From assembly GCA_965223415.1 (NCBI GenBank), contig OZ245002.1, positions 5,024,001 through 5,088,000 on the forward strand: 64,000 nt of DNA, read 5' to 3'. Made by a program: the position numbers and the translations under genes. The notes under the pieces were generated by a model. The model ran no database searches, was not told the origin of the DNA, and saw only the letters and a program-made list of their open reading frames with translations. The DNA comes from Myxococcota bacterium. GTDB taxonomy: Bacteria > Myxococcota_A > UBA9160 > UBA6930. This document shows, piece by piece, positions 52,442 through 62,297 of this stretch (its first letter is position 1; every line of letters begins with the position of its first letter).

Positions 52442-53371
52442 ATGCACATCCTCGTCACAGGTGCCGCAGGCCTCGTCGGCCGCCAGCTGCTGCCTCGCCT
52501 CGAAAGGGAGGGCCACGACGCAATGGGCTGCGACGTCGCCGGCTCCGGCTGCGAGCACGAAGTGGACGTGGCCAACCCGGTGGCTTTCGGAGCCCTGGTC
52601 GACGCGCTGCGGCCCGAGGCGATCGTGCATCTTGCGGCGATCTCGGCCACCCGGACTCCGGAGGACGATCCCGCCCAGGTCTTCCGCGTCAACTTCGGCG
52701 GCGTGCAGTCGGTCCTCGCTGCGGTGCGAGAGAGGGTTCCGGCGGCGCGCCTCTTGCTGGTGAGCTCGGGGCTGATCTACGGATGCGACCTCGCGGAAGG
52801 CGAGGCCTTCGACGAGACGGCGCCGTTTCGCCCGCGCGGGGCCTACGGGTGGAGCAAGGCGGCGGGGGATCGGCTGGCTTCGCTTCACGCGGAGCAGCAC
52901 GGGCTCGACGTCGTGCGTGTCCGGCCCTTCAACCACACGGGGCCGGGTCGCCGAGACGACTTCGTCGAGGCCAGGCTGGCGAGGCAGATCGCCGCCGTCG
53001 AGCTGGGCATCCAGCCGCCCTTCGTCGACGCCCTCAACGTCGAGGGTACGCGCGATTTCCTCGCGGTGGAGGACGTGATCGACGCCTACGCCAAGCTGCT
53101 CGCCCCGTCGGTGCCAGCCGGCACCTACAACATCGCGAGTGGCCAGGGCGTTCGCATTCGCGAGGTCTTCGATCGTCTGCTCGCCGGGAGCACCGCGGAG
53201 GCGGAGCTGCGGGTGGCCCCGGAGCAGCAGGACCCTTCTGACCGCAGCGTTGGCAACGCGCAGCGGCTGCGCGATGCGACCGGCTGGGCGCCTCACCGCG
53301 ACCTGGACGAAACGCTGGGCCGCCTGCTCGAAAGCTGGCGCCGCACGCTGAGAGACGGGGCCGTCGCCTAG
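52442..53371 (+). CDS. NAD-dependent epimerase/dehydratase (Rmd-like GDP-keto-deoxysugar reductase)
   Basis: ILVTGAAGLVG, HLAA, YGWSK, RPFNHTGPG, RDF. Confidence 0.88.
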   Translation: MHILVTGAAGLVGRQLLPRLEREGHDAMGCDVAGSGCEHEVDVANPVAFGALVDALRPEAIVHLAAISATRTPEDDPAQVFRVNFGGVQSVLAAVRERVPAARLLLVSSGLIYGCDLAEGEAFDETAPFRPRGAYGWSKAAGDRLASLHAEQHGLDVVRVRPFNHTGPGRRDDFVEARLARQIAAVELGIQPPFVDALNVEGTRDFLAVEDVIDAYAKLLAPSVPAGTYNIASGQGVRIREVFDRLLAGSTAEAELRVAPEQQDPSDRSVGNAQRLRDATGWAPHRDLDETLGRLLESWRRTLRDGAVA

Positions 53372-54126
53372 ACGAGGCCCCCGAGCAGCTCGACGAGATC
53401 AGCGCGGATCGGCATGAAGTAGAGCGATGCTTGCCGCTCCTCCGCCCAGGCCAGGGCCGCGGCCGCATACCTGCGGTTCCATGCGAGGCTGGGCTCGAAG
53501 TCACGGGGCAGGAAGGCGCGGTTGCGCCTCTCCCAGTAGCGCCGCGTCGAAGCGGCGAGTACCGGCGACACGCCCCAGTAGACGCGCTCTTCGTCCAGCA
53601 GATCGGCCCACACATCCTGGTAGCGGAGGTCGAAAAACGGCTGGGTGAAGAAGCCGTCGGCTCCGGCGGCGCGCTTCTCGGCGGCATAGGCGCACTCGCG
53701 TTGCGGGCTCGAGCGATAGGGGTCCAGGGCCGCGTAGATCGTCAGCTCGGGGAGGCTCTCCCGGAGGGCCCGGATCAGCGCGACGCTCGAGGTCACACCC
53801 TCCGGCGTGTCGCCGTCCGGCGTGTCGCCCTGGACGACGATCACCTCGTGGAGGCGAGCGGCCGAGAGATGCTGCTTCAGCACATCGAGGGCGAGGCCGC
53901 CGCCATGCGCTCCGAGCAGGTCGACGTCCGCGGCCCGCAGGTGCGGGATCGCGCGTCCCACGAAGCGGCGCGCGAGCCGGCAGGCCACCCAGCTGCGCAG
54001 CTCGAAGCGCGTGAGGTCCGGGATGTTGACCGTGTCGAAGCCCGGGAAGCGCTTCGCGATCTGGCGCAGCTCGCGCTGGAGGGTGGCTTCGTCTCGGGGG
54101 ACGAGCTCGATCGAGTGAGGCGTCAA
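53368..54126 (-). CDS. metF: Methylenetetrahydrofolate reductase (short type)
   Basis: SIELVPR, NIPD, IPHLRA, VVQGD, KRAAGADGFFTQPFFD. Confidence 0.82.
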   Translation of the reverse strand: MTPHSIELVPRDEATLQRELRQIAKRFPGFDTVNIPDLTRFELRSWVACRLARRFVGRAIPHLRAADVDLLGAHGGGLALDVLKQHLSAARLHEVIVVQGDTPDGDTPEGVTSSVALIRALRESLPELTIYAALDPYRSSPQRECAYAAEKRAAGADGFFTQPFFDLRYQDVWADLLDEERVYWGVSPVLAASTRRYWERRNRAFLPRDFEPSLAWNRRYAAAALAWAEERQASLYFMPIRADLVELLGGLV

Positions 54127-54163
54127 TCCAGATATATTACTGTATCCGGATATATTGATTCAA
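54126..54163 (-). promoter_or_regulatory. AT-rich metF promoter/operator
   Basis: ATCCRGATATATT twice (54126-54138, 54144-54156); dyad ATATAT-N12-ATATAT (54132-54155); minus strand TTGAAT-N18-TAATAT. Confidence 0.6.
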
Positions 54164-55020
54164 GCTCTCCACATTGCTGCGAGCCAGTGGTCGCCCAGCC
54201 CATCCCGATCCCGCCGGGTCCGCTCGGGCACCAGCCCCAGCCGGGCCCGGGCCTCCTTGAGCAGCCCCTCCTCCTCCTTCAGCAGGCCCGAGAGGATCAC
54301 CCGGGCACCCGGCGCACACCGGGCCCGGATCTCATCCAGCAAAGGGAACAGCTCCGCCCGGATCAGGTTGGCCAGGACGAGGGAGAAGGGTTGGGGGGAG
54401 AGCGCCGCCAGGGGGCCCGTCCACACCCGGAGGCCCGCCTCGAGGCGGTTGCGCGCGGCGTTGTCGCGGGTGGCCTTGCAGGCCAGGGGGTCCAGGTCCA
54501 GGGCCACCACCTCCCGGGCGCCGAGGGCGAGGGCCGCCAGCCCGAGGACACCGGTTCCGCAGCCCACGTCGAGCACCCGCGCTTCCTCCAGTGCGGGGGA
54601 CGGCAGGGCCGCCAGGAGCTCCAGGGCGAGGCGGGTCGAGGCGTGGCCCCCGGTGCCGAAGGCCTGGCCCGGGTCGATCACCAGGGCGGTCTGGCCGGGT
54701 GCCGGCTCGAAGGGCACGAAGGAGGGGGTGACGGCGAGGCGCGGGCTCACGACGACCGGCTCGAGCCCCTCCTTCCAGGCCTCGCTCCACGCCACGTCGG
54801 CGACGGGCTCGGGCGGGCCGATCTCCAGCTCGCCCCCCACCGCCGCCCGGAGCGCGGCCTGGACGGCTCCCCCCCGGGCCTCGAGGGCGAAGACGATCAG
54901 CCGGGCGGGATCGTCGCGCTCCTCTCCGCCCTCCGCGCCGGCCCCGACGGCCGCCACCAGCGCCCGCTCCCGCGCGTCGGGGGTGCCGCCCTGCAGCGTC
55001 AGGCTCACGTAGGCGCTCAA
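54160..55020 (-). CDS. prmA: Ribosomal protein L11 methyltransferase
   Basis: WSEAWK, IDPGQAFGTGGHAST, VLDVGCGTG, LANL, ILSG; TTG start uncertain. Confidence 0.9.
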   Translation of the reverse strand: MSAYVSLTLQGGTPDARERALVAAVGAGAEGGEERDDPARLIVFALEARGGAVQAALRAAVGGELEIGPPEPVADVAWSEAWKEGLEPVVVSPRLAVTPSFVPFEPAPGQTALVIDPGQAFGTGGHASTRLALELLAALPSPALEEARVLDVGCGTGVLGLAALALGAREVVALDLDPLACKATRDNAARNRLEAGLRVWTGPLAALSPQPFSLVLANLIRAELFPLLDEIRARCAPGARVILSGLLKEEEGLLKEARARLGLVPERTRRDRDGLGDHWLAAMWRA

Positions 55021-55057
55021 ACCTGCCGAAGTTAGCGGAGAACCCGCGAGGCCTCCG

Positions 55058-56041
55058 TTGCACGACGCCGAACCTTCGCCCCTGGATGCCCCTACGGCCG
55101 CCGAGCTGGCTGCGAAGCTGCGTGCGAGCTGCGAGCACGCGCTGCGCGGTAAGCCACGCGTCGTCGAGCGCGCCATCGAAACCTTGATCGCCGGCGGTCA
55201 CCTCCTGCTGGAGGACGTGCCCGGGGTCGGCAAGACGACCCTCGCCGCGGCCCTCGCCCGCAGCGTCGCCGGAAGCTTCCGCCGCATCCAGTTCACGAGC
55301 GACCTGCTGCCGAGCGACGTGATCGGCGCGGCCCTTCCGGAGCTGGCGAACGGCCACCCCACCGGCGGCTTCGTCTTCCATCCGGGGCCGCTCTTCGCCC
55401 ACGTGGTGCTGGCGGACGAGATCAACCGCGCCAGCCCGAAGACCCAGTCGGCGTTGCTGGAGGCGATGGCCGAGGGCCACGTCACGGTGGACGGGGAGCT
55501 GCACCCCCTGCCCCAGCCCTTCTTCGTCGTCGCGACCCAGAACCCGATCGAGCACGCGGGCACCCACGTCCTGCCCGAGTCCCAGCTCGATCGCTTCCAC
55601 GTACGGATCTCGATCGGCTACCCCTCGGCGGAGGACGAGGCTGCGGTGCTCCGAGACGATCCAGCGACGACCGCCCTGCCCCAGCTCGAGGCGGTGGTCA
55701 CGCCGGGCCAGGTGATGGCCCTGCGCGCGTGCGCCCGGCGCGTGAAGTTCGACGACACGCTGATCGCCTACCTGCTGGCGATCGTCGCCGAGACCCGCGA
55801 GCACGAGGCCGTCCAGGTCGGCGCGTCCACCCGCGCCGCCCTCGCGTTGCGGCACGCCGCCCAGGCCCACGCATTGCTCGAGGGGCGCGACTTCGCCATT
55901 CCCGAAGACGTGCAGGATCTCGCGTCGGACGTGCTCGCCCATCGGCTCGTGGTCGACGGCCATGCCCGCGGGCACGCGTCCGCCGATGAGGCGCGCTGGA
56001 TCCTGCGGGAGATCGTCGAGCGGGTGCCGGTTCCGTTGTGA
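55058..56041 (+). CDS. MoxR-family AAA+ ATPase
   Basis: EDVPGVGKT, RIQFTSDLLPSD, DEINRA, ATQNPIE. Confidence 0.93.
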   Translation: MHDAEPSPLDAPTAAELAAKLRASCEHALRGKPRVVERAIETLIAGGHLLLEDVPGVGKTTLAAALARSVAGSFRRIQFTSDLLPSDVIGAALPELANGHPTGGFVFHPGPLFAHVVLADEINRASPKTQSALLEAMAEGHVTVDGELHPLPQPFFVVATQNPIEHAGTHVLPESQLDRFHVRISIGYPSAEDEAAVLRDDPATTALPQLEAVVTPGQVMALRACARRVKFDDTLIAYLLAIVAETREHEAVQVGASTRAALALRHAAQAHALLEGRDFAIPEDVQDLASDVLAHRLVVDGHARGHASADEARWILREIVERVPVPL

Positions 56042-57045
56042 GCGGCGACCCGCGCGGCCGCTGGGGACGGCGCCTGCGCCGCAGCCTCCGGCCCCCGCGT
56101 TCGCTCAAGCCCACCCGCGCCGGCTGGTGCTTCTTCGCCCTCACCCTCGGCGTGGGCTTCGCCTCGCTGAACACCGGCAACAACCTCCTCTACATGGTCC
56201 TGTCGGTGCTGTTGGCGTTCCTCGTGCTGTCCGGCGTCTTCTCCGAGGCCGCCCTACGACACGTCCGGGTGCGCCGGCGCCTGCCGCGGGAGGTGTTCGC
56301 GGGCACGCCGGCCTCGATCGTCTACGAGGTGCGCAACCACAAGCGCCGGGTGCCGAGCTACGCGATTGTCGTGGAAGACCTGGCCGGCGCGCATCTCTTC
56401 CAGACCGAGCCGGCCGCACGGGCGTTCTTCTTCCTCGTCCCCGCCGGCGAGACGGTCACCCGGGCCGCGCGCTGGACGCCGGACGCCCGGGGCGAGACCC
56501 ACTTCGCCGGCTTCCGCATCTGGACGCGCTTCCCCTTCGGGCTGTTCGTGAAGGCGACGGTGGTCGAGCAGGCCCAGAGCATCGTGGTCTATCCGGAGCC
56601 TCTCGCCCACCTGCCCGTCGCCAAGGGCAACCGCTGCAGCGATCCCGGTGAGCGCGCCGCCGGCCAGGGCGGCGAGAGCGCCGAAGCCGCAGGGGTGAGA
56701 GAGTACGCGCCGGGCGACAGCTTCCGGCGCGTGCACTGGCGCCACAGCCTGCGGCGGCGCGAGCTGCTCGTGCGGGATCGGGAGCAGGACACCCGCCCCG
56801 AGCTCGTCGTCACCCTGGCCACGCGAGGCGTGGCCCCCGGGCCGGGCTTCGAGGCCGAGGTCAGCCGCGCCACCGGCCAGCTCGTCCGCCATCTGGCGGA
56901 GGGCTGGCGGGTCGGATTGCGCACCGAGCACCACTTCCTGCCCCCGCGTCTGGGCGGGGCGGCGCGGCGTGAGATGCTGGCGTTCCTGGCGACGGTGCAG
57001 CCGGCCGAAGCCGACGCGAGCGGCGGCGCGGAGAACGCCGCGTGA
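56038..57045 (+). CDS. DUF58 domain protein
   Basis: NTGNNLLY TM hairpin, FPFGLF, VREYAPGD, VHWR. Confidence 0.88.
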   Translation: MSGDPRGRWGRRLRRSLRPPRSLKPTRAGWCFFALTLGVGFASLNTGNNLLYMVLSVLLAFLVLSGVFSEAALRHVRVRRRLPREVFAGTPASIVYEVRNHKRRVPSYAIVVEDLAGAHLFQTEPAARAFFFLVPAGETVTRAARWTPDARGETHFAGFRIWTRFPFGLFVKATVVEQAQSIVVYPEPLAHLPVAKGNRCSDPGERAAGQGGESAEAAGVREYAPGDSFRRVHWRHSLRRRELLVRDREQDTRPELVVTLATRGVAPGPGFEAEVSRATGQLVRHLAEGWRVGLRTEHHFLPPRLGGAARREMLAFLATVQPAEADASGGAENAA

Positions 57046-59123
57046 GCCGCCAGGAGTTCCGGGAGCCCACCCAGTCGCCCCGCCCGCGCTCGGCGGTGGT
57101 GATGGTGGCGGTGGCGACCCTGATCCTCGCGATCACCGAGCAGGTGTCGCCCGCGGCCCTCGCCGTCACGGCGGCGTGCATCGCCTTCACCGCCTGGCAG
57201 CGCGATCGGCGCTATGCGTGGCAGCGGAACCGGCTGCTGCTGAACGCCGGCTTGCTCGCCTGCCTCGGGGTCGCGGCCATGGTCCTCGTCGAGCGCCTCG
57301 CCGTCGTGGCCCTCGCCCACTTCGCCGTGCTCGCCCAGGGCCTCCAGCTCCTCGACGCCCGTGCCCGCCGCTCGGAGTTCCTGCTCGTCGCCCTCTCGGT
57401 CCTGCAGGTCGTCCTGGCGGCGAACCTCACCGACCACCTGGCGTTCCCGCCGCTGCTGATCGTCTTCACCGTCGCCACGGTGTGGACCCTCACGGTGCAC
57501 ACGCTCCGGGCCGAGGCCCTCGAGATGGGCGAGCCGGAGGCGGCGCGCCGGGCACTCTCGAGCGGGCTGCTCCGCACGACCCTGGGGGCGAGCCTCGCCT
57601 CGGTGCTGCTCGCCGTCTTCCTCTTTCCCATGTTGCCGCGGGTTCGATCGGGCTCGTTCATCTCCCACGGCATCGGCTCCCCCCTCGCGATGTCGGGCTT
57701 CTCCGAGAACGTCGAGCTGGGCGATCTCGGGCGCATCCGCCTGGACCCGGCCGTGGTGCTGCGGGTCGAGCCCCTCGAAGAGGCCCTCCCTGCCCCCGAG
57801 CATCGGTACTGGCGCGGCCTGGCCTTCGATCGCTTCGACGGGCGCCGTTGGGCGGTGACGCCCTCGGAACGCACCTCGGTGAAGGGAGACGCGGAGATCG
57901 GCATCGACTTCGGCCAGCGCCGCGTCGGCAGCAAGCTCCGCCAGCGCATCACGCGCGAGAAGCTCGAGACCGGTGTGATCTTCTCTCCCGGCCTCGCGAT
58001 GGTCGTGCGCGGCGACGTGGGGCGCCTGCAGCAGGACGCCGGCGGCTCGCTCTACGGCCTGCGGACGGCGGGTGACCGCGTCGACTACCAGGTGGCCGGG
58101 GACGTGCGCACACCAGCGCTTCCGGATCTGCAGCGCGACGTCGCCGCGGCGCCTCGCGACGGGGGCGAGCGCTACCTCCAGCTCCCGGAGCTCGATCCCG
58201 CCGTCGCGCGCCTGGCCGAAGAGGTCGTCGCCGGCCAGGCCACGGACGCGGGCCGGGCGGCAGCCTTGGAGCGGCACCTCCAGCAGGTCGGCCGCTACAC
58301 GAACGATCCGCCGGATCACGGGGCCGAAGACCGCTCGCCCGTGGAGTCGTTCCTCCTGGAACACACGGCCGGCCATTGCGAGTACTTCGCCAGCGGGATG
58401 GTAGTGCTCGCTCGCAGCGTCGGGCTGCCGGCGCGGCTGGTGAACGGCTTCGCCGGCGGCGCCGTCAACGAGATCGGCGACTTCCTCGAGGTGACCCAGT
58501 CCGACGCCCACACCTGGGTCGAGATCCACTACCAACGCGCCGGCTGGATCCGCTACGACCCGACGCCCGCCGATCTGCGCCTCGCCGGCGCCGCCGAGCT
58601 GCGCGGCGAGCGCTGGTGGGCGAGCCTGCGCAGCGCCGCGGACCTGTGGTGGTTCCGGATCGTCGATTTCGACCGCAGCAGCCAGGGCCGCGTGCTGCGC
58701 AAGGCCTGGCTGGCGTGGCACCGCTGGCGCGGCGAGCGGCGCGCGGCCGCGGCCCAGGAGACGAGCCCGACCCGCGACTCGGGGCGCCTACCGGTGCTTC
58801 CGGGCTGGGCCTGGATCGGCGGCGCGGCGGTGCTTCTCGGTGCCCTGGTCCTCGCGGACCGCCGGCGCCGCGCCCGTAGCGCCCAGTTGCCCGGCTTCTA
58901 CGCCCGGGCCCTGCGTCTCCTCGCGCGCCGCGGCCTCACCCGCGAGCCCAGCACGACGGCCCGCGAGTTCGCGGCCCGTGTCGCCCGGGAGGTTCCGCCC
59001 GCCGCCGCCGCCGCATTCGCGCGAATCACCGAAGCCTATCTTCGCGAGCGCTTCGCCTCGGACCCGCCCGGAGACTGCGCCCAGAGCCTGCGCCGTCTCC
59101 AGGAGGGTCTGCGCGGCGCCTAG
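57042..59123 (+). CDS. Membrane transglutaminase-like protein (TgpA-type)
   Basis: Multi-TM N-terminus, YWRG, catalytic GHCEYFAS, AHTWVE, DPTP. Confidence 0.9.
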   Translation: MSRQEFREPTQSPRPRSAVVMVAVATLILAITEQVSPAALAVTAACIAFTAWQRDRRYAWQRNRLLLNAGLLACLGVAAMVLVERLAVVALAHFAVLAQGLQLLDARARRSEFLLVALSVLQVVLAANLTDHLAFPPLLIVFTVATVWTLTVHTLRAEALEMGEPEAARRALSSGLLRTTLGASLASVLLAVFLFPMLPRVRSGSFISHGIGSPLAMSGFSENVELGDLGRIRLDPAVVLRVEPLEEALPAPEHRYWRGLAFDRFDGRRWAVTPSERTSVKGDAEIGIDFGQRRVGSKLRQRITREKLETGVIFSPGLAMVVRGDVGRLQQDAGGSLYGLRTAGDRVDYQVAGDVRTPALPDLQRDVAAAPRDGGERYLQLPELDPAVARLAEEVVAGQATDAGRAAALERHLQQVGRYTNDPPDHGAEDRSPVESFLLEHTAGHCEYFASGMVVLARSVGLPARLVNGFAGGAVNEIGDFLEVTQSDAHTWVEIHYQRAGWIRYDPTPADLRLAGAAELRGERWWASLRSAADLWWFRIVDFDRSSQGRVLRKAWLAWHRWRGERRAAAAQETSPTRDSGRLPVLPGWAWIGGAAVLLGALVLADRRRRARSAQLPGFYARALRLLARRGLTREPSTTAREFAARVAREVPPAAAAAFARITEAYLRERFASDPPGDCAQSLRRLQEGLRGA

Positions 59124-60445
59124 TTCGCTACCTGCTCCGCCATCACCCGGGCCATCTTCCTGCCGAACAGGCGGGTTCCATCGGCGTTCCAGTGGCTGTC
59201 GGTCCGCGAGTTGATCGAGGCGAGGATGTCCTCCCCTTCCTCGAAATCGAGCGGATGGACGAGGGCATCGGGCTCGAGCCGCTGCCGGAGATACGCGTTC
59301 AGCGCGGCGTTGAACCGGTAGGTGAACAGCACGAACGGAACGCCCGCCTCGCGGGTCGTGCGCGCGATCTCGCGGAGCGCGGCGGTCTGCTCGCGGGCGA
59401 AGGCGTAGCGACGCTCCACCGCCGCGGCGGTGGCCGCCGGATCGGCGAGATCGAGGGGCTGGCCCTTGGCGGCGGGTGCAGGCGGGGCGACCCTGCCCCG
59501 GCGATCGCGCACCAGCTTCGCCGCCGTGGTCGCGATGAAGGAGCGCTTGATGCCGTAGTTGACGAGGCCGAGGAACGCGCCGCTCGGCCCCGAGCGCGGC
59601 TGCTGGAGGGCCTCTCGTTCGACGGCGGTCGCCTCCAGGGTGGTGAGCAGGCCCGCATCCACCCCGTCGAGGCCGCGCAGGTAGCCCACTTGGTCCACGT
59701 AGGCGGGCCGGTCGGTGAAGTCGTTGTCCACCGCGACGGCGAGCACCAGATGGGGTCGATAGGCGAGCCCCTGGCTACGGAGGACGATCAGCTCGTCGAT
59801 GCTGTTGAACGAGCAGTTGCCGGTGTTGATCACCTCGATCCGGTCGTAGCGGGAGGCCACGGCCTCGTCGGCGCCGAGGGCCCGCTCGATCTCGGCCGTG
59901 ACGGTGCTCGCCTGATCCACGCCCCAGCTGAACACGACCGAATCGCCCAGCGCCAGGACGCGGAGCGCTCCCTCGGCGGGCTCGCGCGGGTGATCGACGG
60001 CGCGCCACCCTTCGGCGTTGGTCTCGATCAGGCCCCAGGGAAAGCGGAGCTCCGCGTCCGGCGGGTGCGCGTGGGACAGGGGCGTGCCCTGCCAGCGCTG
60101 CCACTGGAAGTAGCGCTCGGACTCGGCGTAGTAGTGATAGCCGCGGGGGTTGAACGCGTTCGCGTAGGTCTCCACGCAGGCGACCGGGAGCAGGCCCCCC
60201 ACCACGAGGAGGGCGAGCGCCGACGCCGGGAGCAGCCGGTAGAGGCGCCGGCGAAGCAGCAGGAACAGCAGGGTGCCCGCGAGCAGGGCCCCGAGCACGA
60301 GGTTCAAGACGCCGTAGGAGGCGCCCACACGGCCGGAGCCGCGCAGGAAGCCGAAGGCGAGCAGCACCAGGAGGAGCAGCAGGGCCAGGCTGGCCGCCGC
60401 TGCGAGCACCCGATCGCAGAAGGCCTCGGCCTGCGGGCTCGGCAC
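59120..60445 (-). CDS. Membrane-anchored SGNH/GDSL hydrolase
   Basis: 3 TM; NAEGWR; LGDSVVF; DND; DSHWN. Confidence 0.8.
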   Translation of the reverse strand: MPSPQAEAFCDRVLAAAASLALLLLLVLLAFGFLRGSGRVGASYGVLNLVLGALLAGTLLFLLLRRRLYRLLPASALALLVVGGLLPVACVETYANAFNPRGYHYYAESERYFQWQRWQGTPLSHAHPPDAELRFPWGLIETNAEGWRAVDHPREPAEGALRVLALGDSVVFSWGVDQASTVTAEIERALGADEAVASRYDRIEVINTGNCSFNSIDELIVLRSQGLAYRPHLVLAVAVDNDFTDRPAYVDQVGYLRGLDGVDAGLLTTLEATAVEREALQQPRSGPSGAFLGLVNYGIKRSFIATTAAKLVRDRRGRVAPPAPAAKGQPLDLADPAATAAAVERRYAFAREQTAALREIARTTREAGVPFVLFTYRFNAALNAYLRQRLEPDALVHPLDFEEGEDILASINSRTDSHWNADGTRLFGRKMARVMAEQVAN

Positions 60446-60446
60446 G

Positions 60447-61727
60447 TCAGAGCCCCGGCGCGTGGAAGTCGGGCTTCTCGTCCCGGTGCCCGAGCACCCA
60501 CTCGTACACGTCGGCGATGTGCCGCGCCTTCGCTTCCCAGGAGTGGCGCGCCTTCACGTAGGCCTGGGCCGCGTGGCCCAGGCGGGCGCGGCGTTCGGGG
60601 TCCGCGGCCAGCTCTTCCAGGGCGCCGCGAAAGGCTTCGGTCACCTCGGGCTTGGTGGTGAGCGGCACCTTCACGCCCCGATCGGCGTCCACGTAGCGGC
60701 CCGGCCCGCCGTAGTCGACGACCACGCAGGCCATGGCCTGGCCCATGGCCTCGATCACCACGCCGGCGCCGAGCTCGCGGATCGACGGGAAGGCGAAGAC
60801 GTCCGCCTCGGCCATGTGCTTGGCGGTCTCGTCGTGGGGAAGCCAGCCGGTGAACTCCACGCAGTCCCGCAGGCCCTGGGCGTCCACGCTCGCCTCGAGC
60901 CGCTCCCGATCGGGCCCGTCGCCGACCATCACCAGCCGGTGCTTCCGGAGCGCCGGACTGGCGGCGAAGGCGTCGACCACCACGTCGGGGCACTTGTAGG
61001 GGACGAGCCGGCCCACGAAGAGGACCGTCATGCGCTCGCCGGGCGGGCGCTCCGGCGGCGTGGGGCTCGCCGCATCGTCGTAGCCCACGTCCGGGCAGTC
61101 GAAGGTGCGCGGCCGCGCGCTGGCCGGCAGGTCGGCGATGGTGTGGTCGAAGCCGGCCAGGATCGCCGCCGCGTCCCGGTAGGTCGAGCGGTAGTAGGGC
61201 ATGAGCGTATGGGCGCCGCGCAGGCTGCGCATCCACTCGCGTTCGCGCCGCAGCTCCCCGAAGAAGGCGCGGGGCCACTTGAGGCCGCCGTTCACCGGGC
61301 CGAGCACGAACGGGGCCGGGCTCCAGCTCGCCAGCGGGCTCGGCAGGGTCGGCGAGAGCGGCGTCACCCGGTGCACGACGTCGAAGGCGCCGCGCCGGAT
61401 CTCGTCGCCGAAGCGCTTCCAGACCCCGCGCTCGAAGGCGAGGTAGCTGGCGTAGTTGAGGGCGACGTTCAGGGTGAGGGCCTTGTTCGGCCCACCGCGA
61501 AGCCAGCGCGACAGCTTGAACAGGGGGCGCGCAATGTACTCGGTGTCGATGAACGCCACCTTCTCGACGCCCATCGTCTCCGCGTCGACCGCCCCGTGGT
61601 TGCGCACCTGGGTGGCCACGACGGCCTGCTCCACCTGCCGCGCGACCGCCTTGCAGATCTGGTAGCCGAAGTACGGCGTCGAGGCCATCGACGGATTGCA
61701 GCTGTCGGCCACGAGCAGGATGCGCAT
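60447..61727 (-). CDS. Glycosyltransferase family 4
   Basis: FVGRLVPYK, GDGPDR, PSIRELGAGVVIEAM (E-x7-E). Confidence 0.9.
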   Translation of the reverse strand: MRILLVADSCNPSMASTPYFGYQICKAVARQVEQAVVATQVRNHGAVDAETMGVEKVAFIDTEYIARPLFKLSRWLRGGPNKALTLNVALNYASYLAFERGVWKRFGDEIRRGAFDVVHRVTPLSPTLPSPLASWSPAPFVLGPVNGGLKWPRAFFGELRREREWMRSLRGAHTLMPYYRSTYRDAAAILAGFDHTIADLPASARPRTFDCPDVGYDDAASPTPPERPPGERMTVLFVGRLVPYKCPDVVVDAFAASPALRKHRLVMVGDGPDRERLEASVDAQGLRDCVEFTGWLPHDETAKHMAEADVFAFPSIRELGAGVVIEAMGQAMACVVVDYGGPGRYVDADRGVKVPLTTKPEVTEAFRGALEELAADPERRARLGHAAQAYVKARHSWEAKARHIADVYEWVLGHRDEKPDFHAPGL

Positions 61728-61786
61728 TCGCCCTTCTACCTCGGCCGAACATAGGCTCGAGTTGACGGGGGTGGTAGCCTGGCGCG

Positions 61787-62296
61787 GTGAAGCGGTTCGT
61801 CTTCCTGGACCGGGACGGCACGCTGGTCCGCGATCCCGGTTACGTCCATCGGCTCGAGGACTACGAGCTTCTGCCGGGCGTGGTGGAGGGCCTTCGCCGC
61901 CTGCGCGCCGCGGGCTTCGAGCTCGCCATCGTCACCAACCAGAGCGGCATCGGCCGCGGGCTGTTCGACGAGGCCGACTTCCAGCGCTTCCAGGAACACC
62001 TCCTCGCCGATCTCGCCCAGCAGGGCGTCCCGATCGCCGGCACCTTCCACTGTCCCCACCGGCCGGAGGAGCACTGCCCCTGCCGGAAGCCCCTGCCCGG
62101 TCTGCTGGAACGGGCCCGCGACGAGCTCGGGGCCGACCTCGAGACCTCGTGGATGATCGGCGACTCGGAGCGGGACGTGGATGCGGCGGCGGCGGCGGGG
62201 CTGCAGGGAGCCGTCCAGATCGAGGAGCCGGGAGCGGATTTCCGCGACGCGGTCGACCTGCTGCTCGAGGGCGCGGCCGCCCGCGAGCCCGCTTGA
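61787..62296 (+). CDS. gmhB: D-glycero-D-manno-heptose 1,7-bisphosphate phosphatase (HAD)
   Basis: FLDRDGT, VTNQSG, CPH..CPCRKP, MIGD. Confidence 0.88.
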   Translation: MKRFVFLDRDGTLVRDPGYVHRLEDYELLPGVVEGLRRLRAAGFELAIVTNQSGIGRGLFDEADFQRFQEHLLADLAQQGVPIAGTFHCPHRPEEHCPCRKPLPGLLERARDELGADLETSWMIGDSERDVDAAAAAGLQGAVQIEEPGADFRDAVDLLLEGAAAREPA

Positions 62297-62297
62297 T

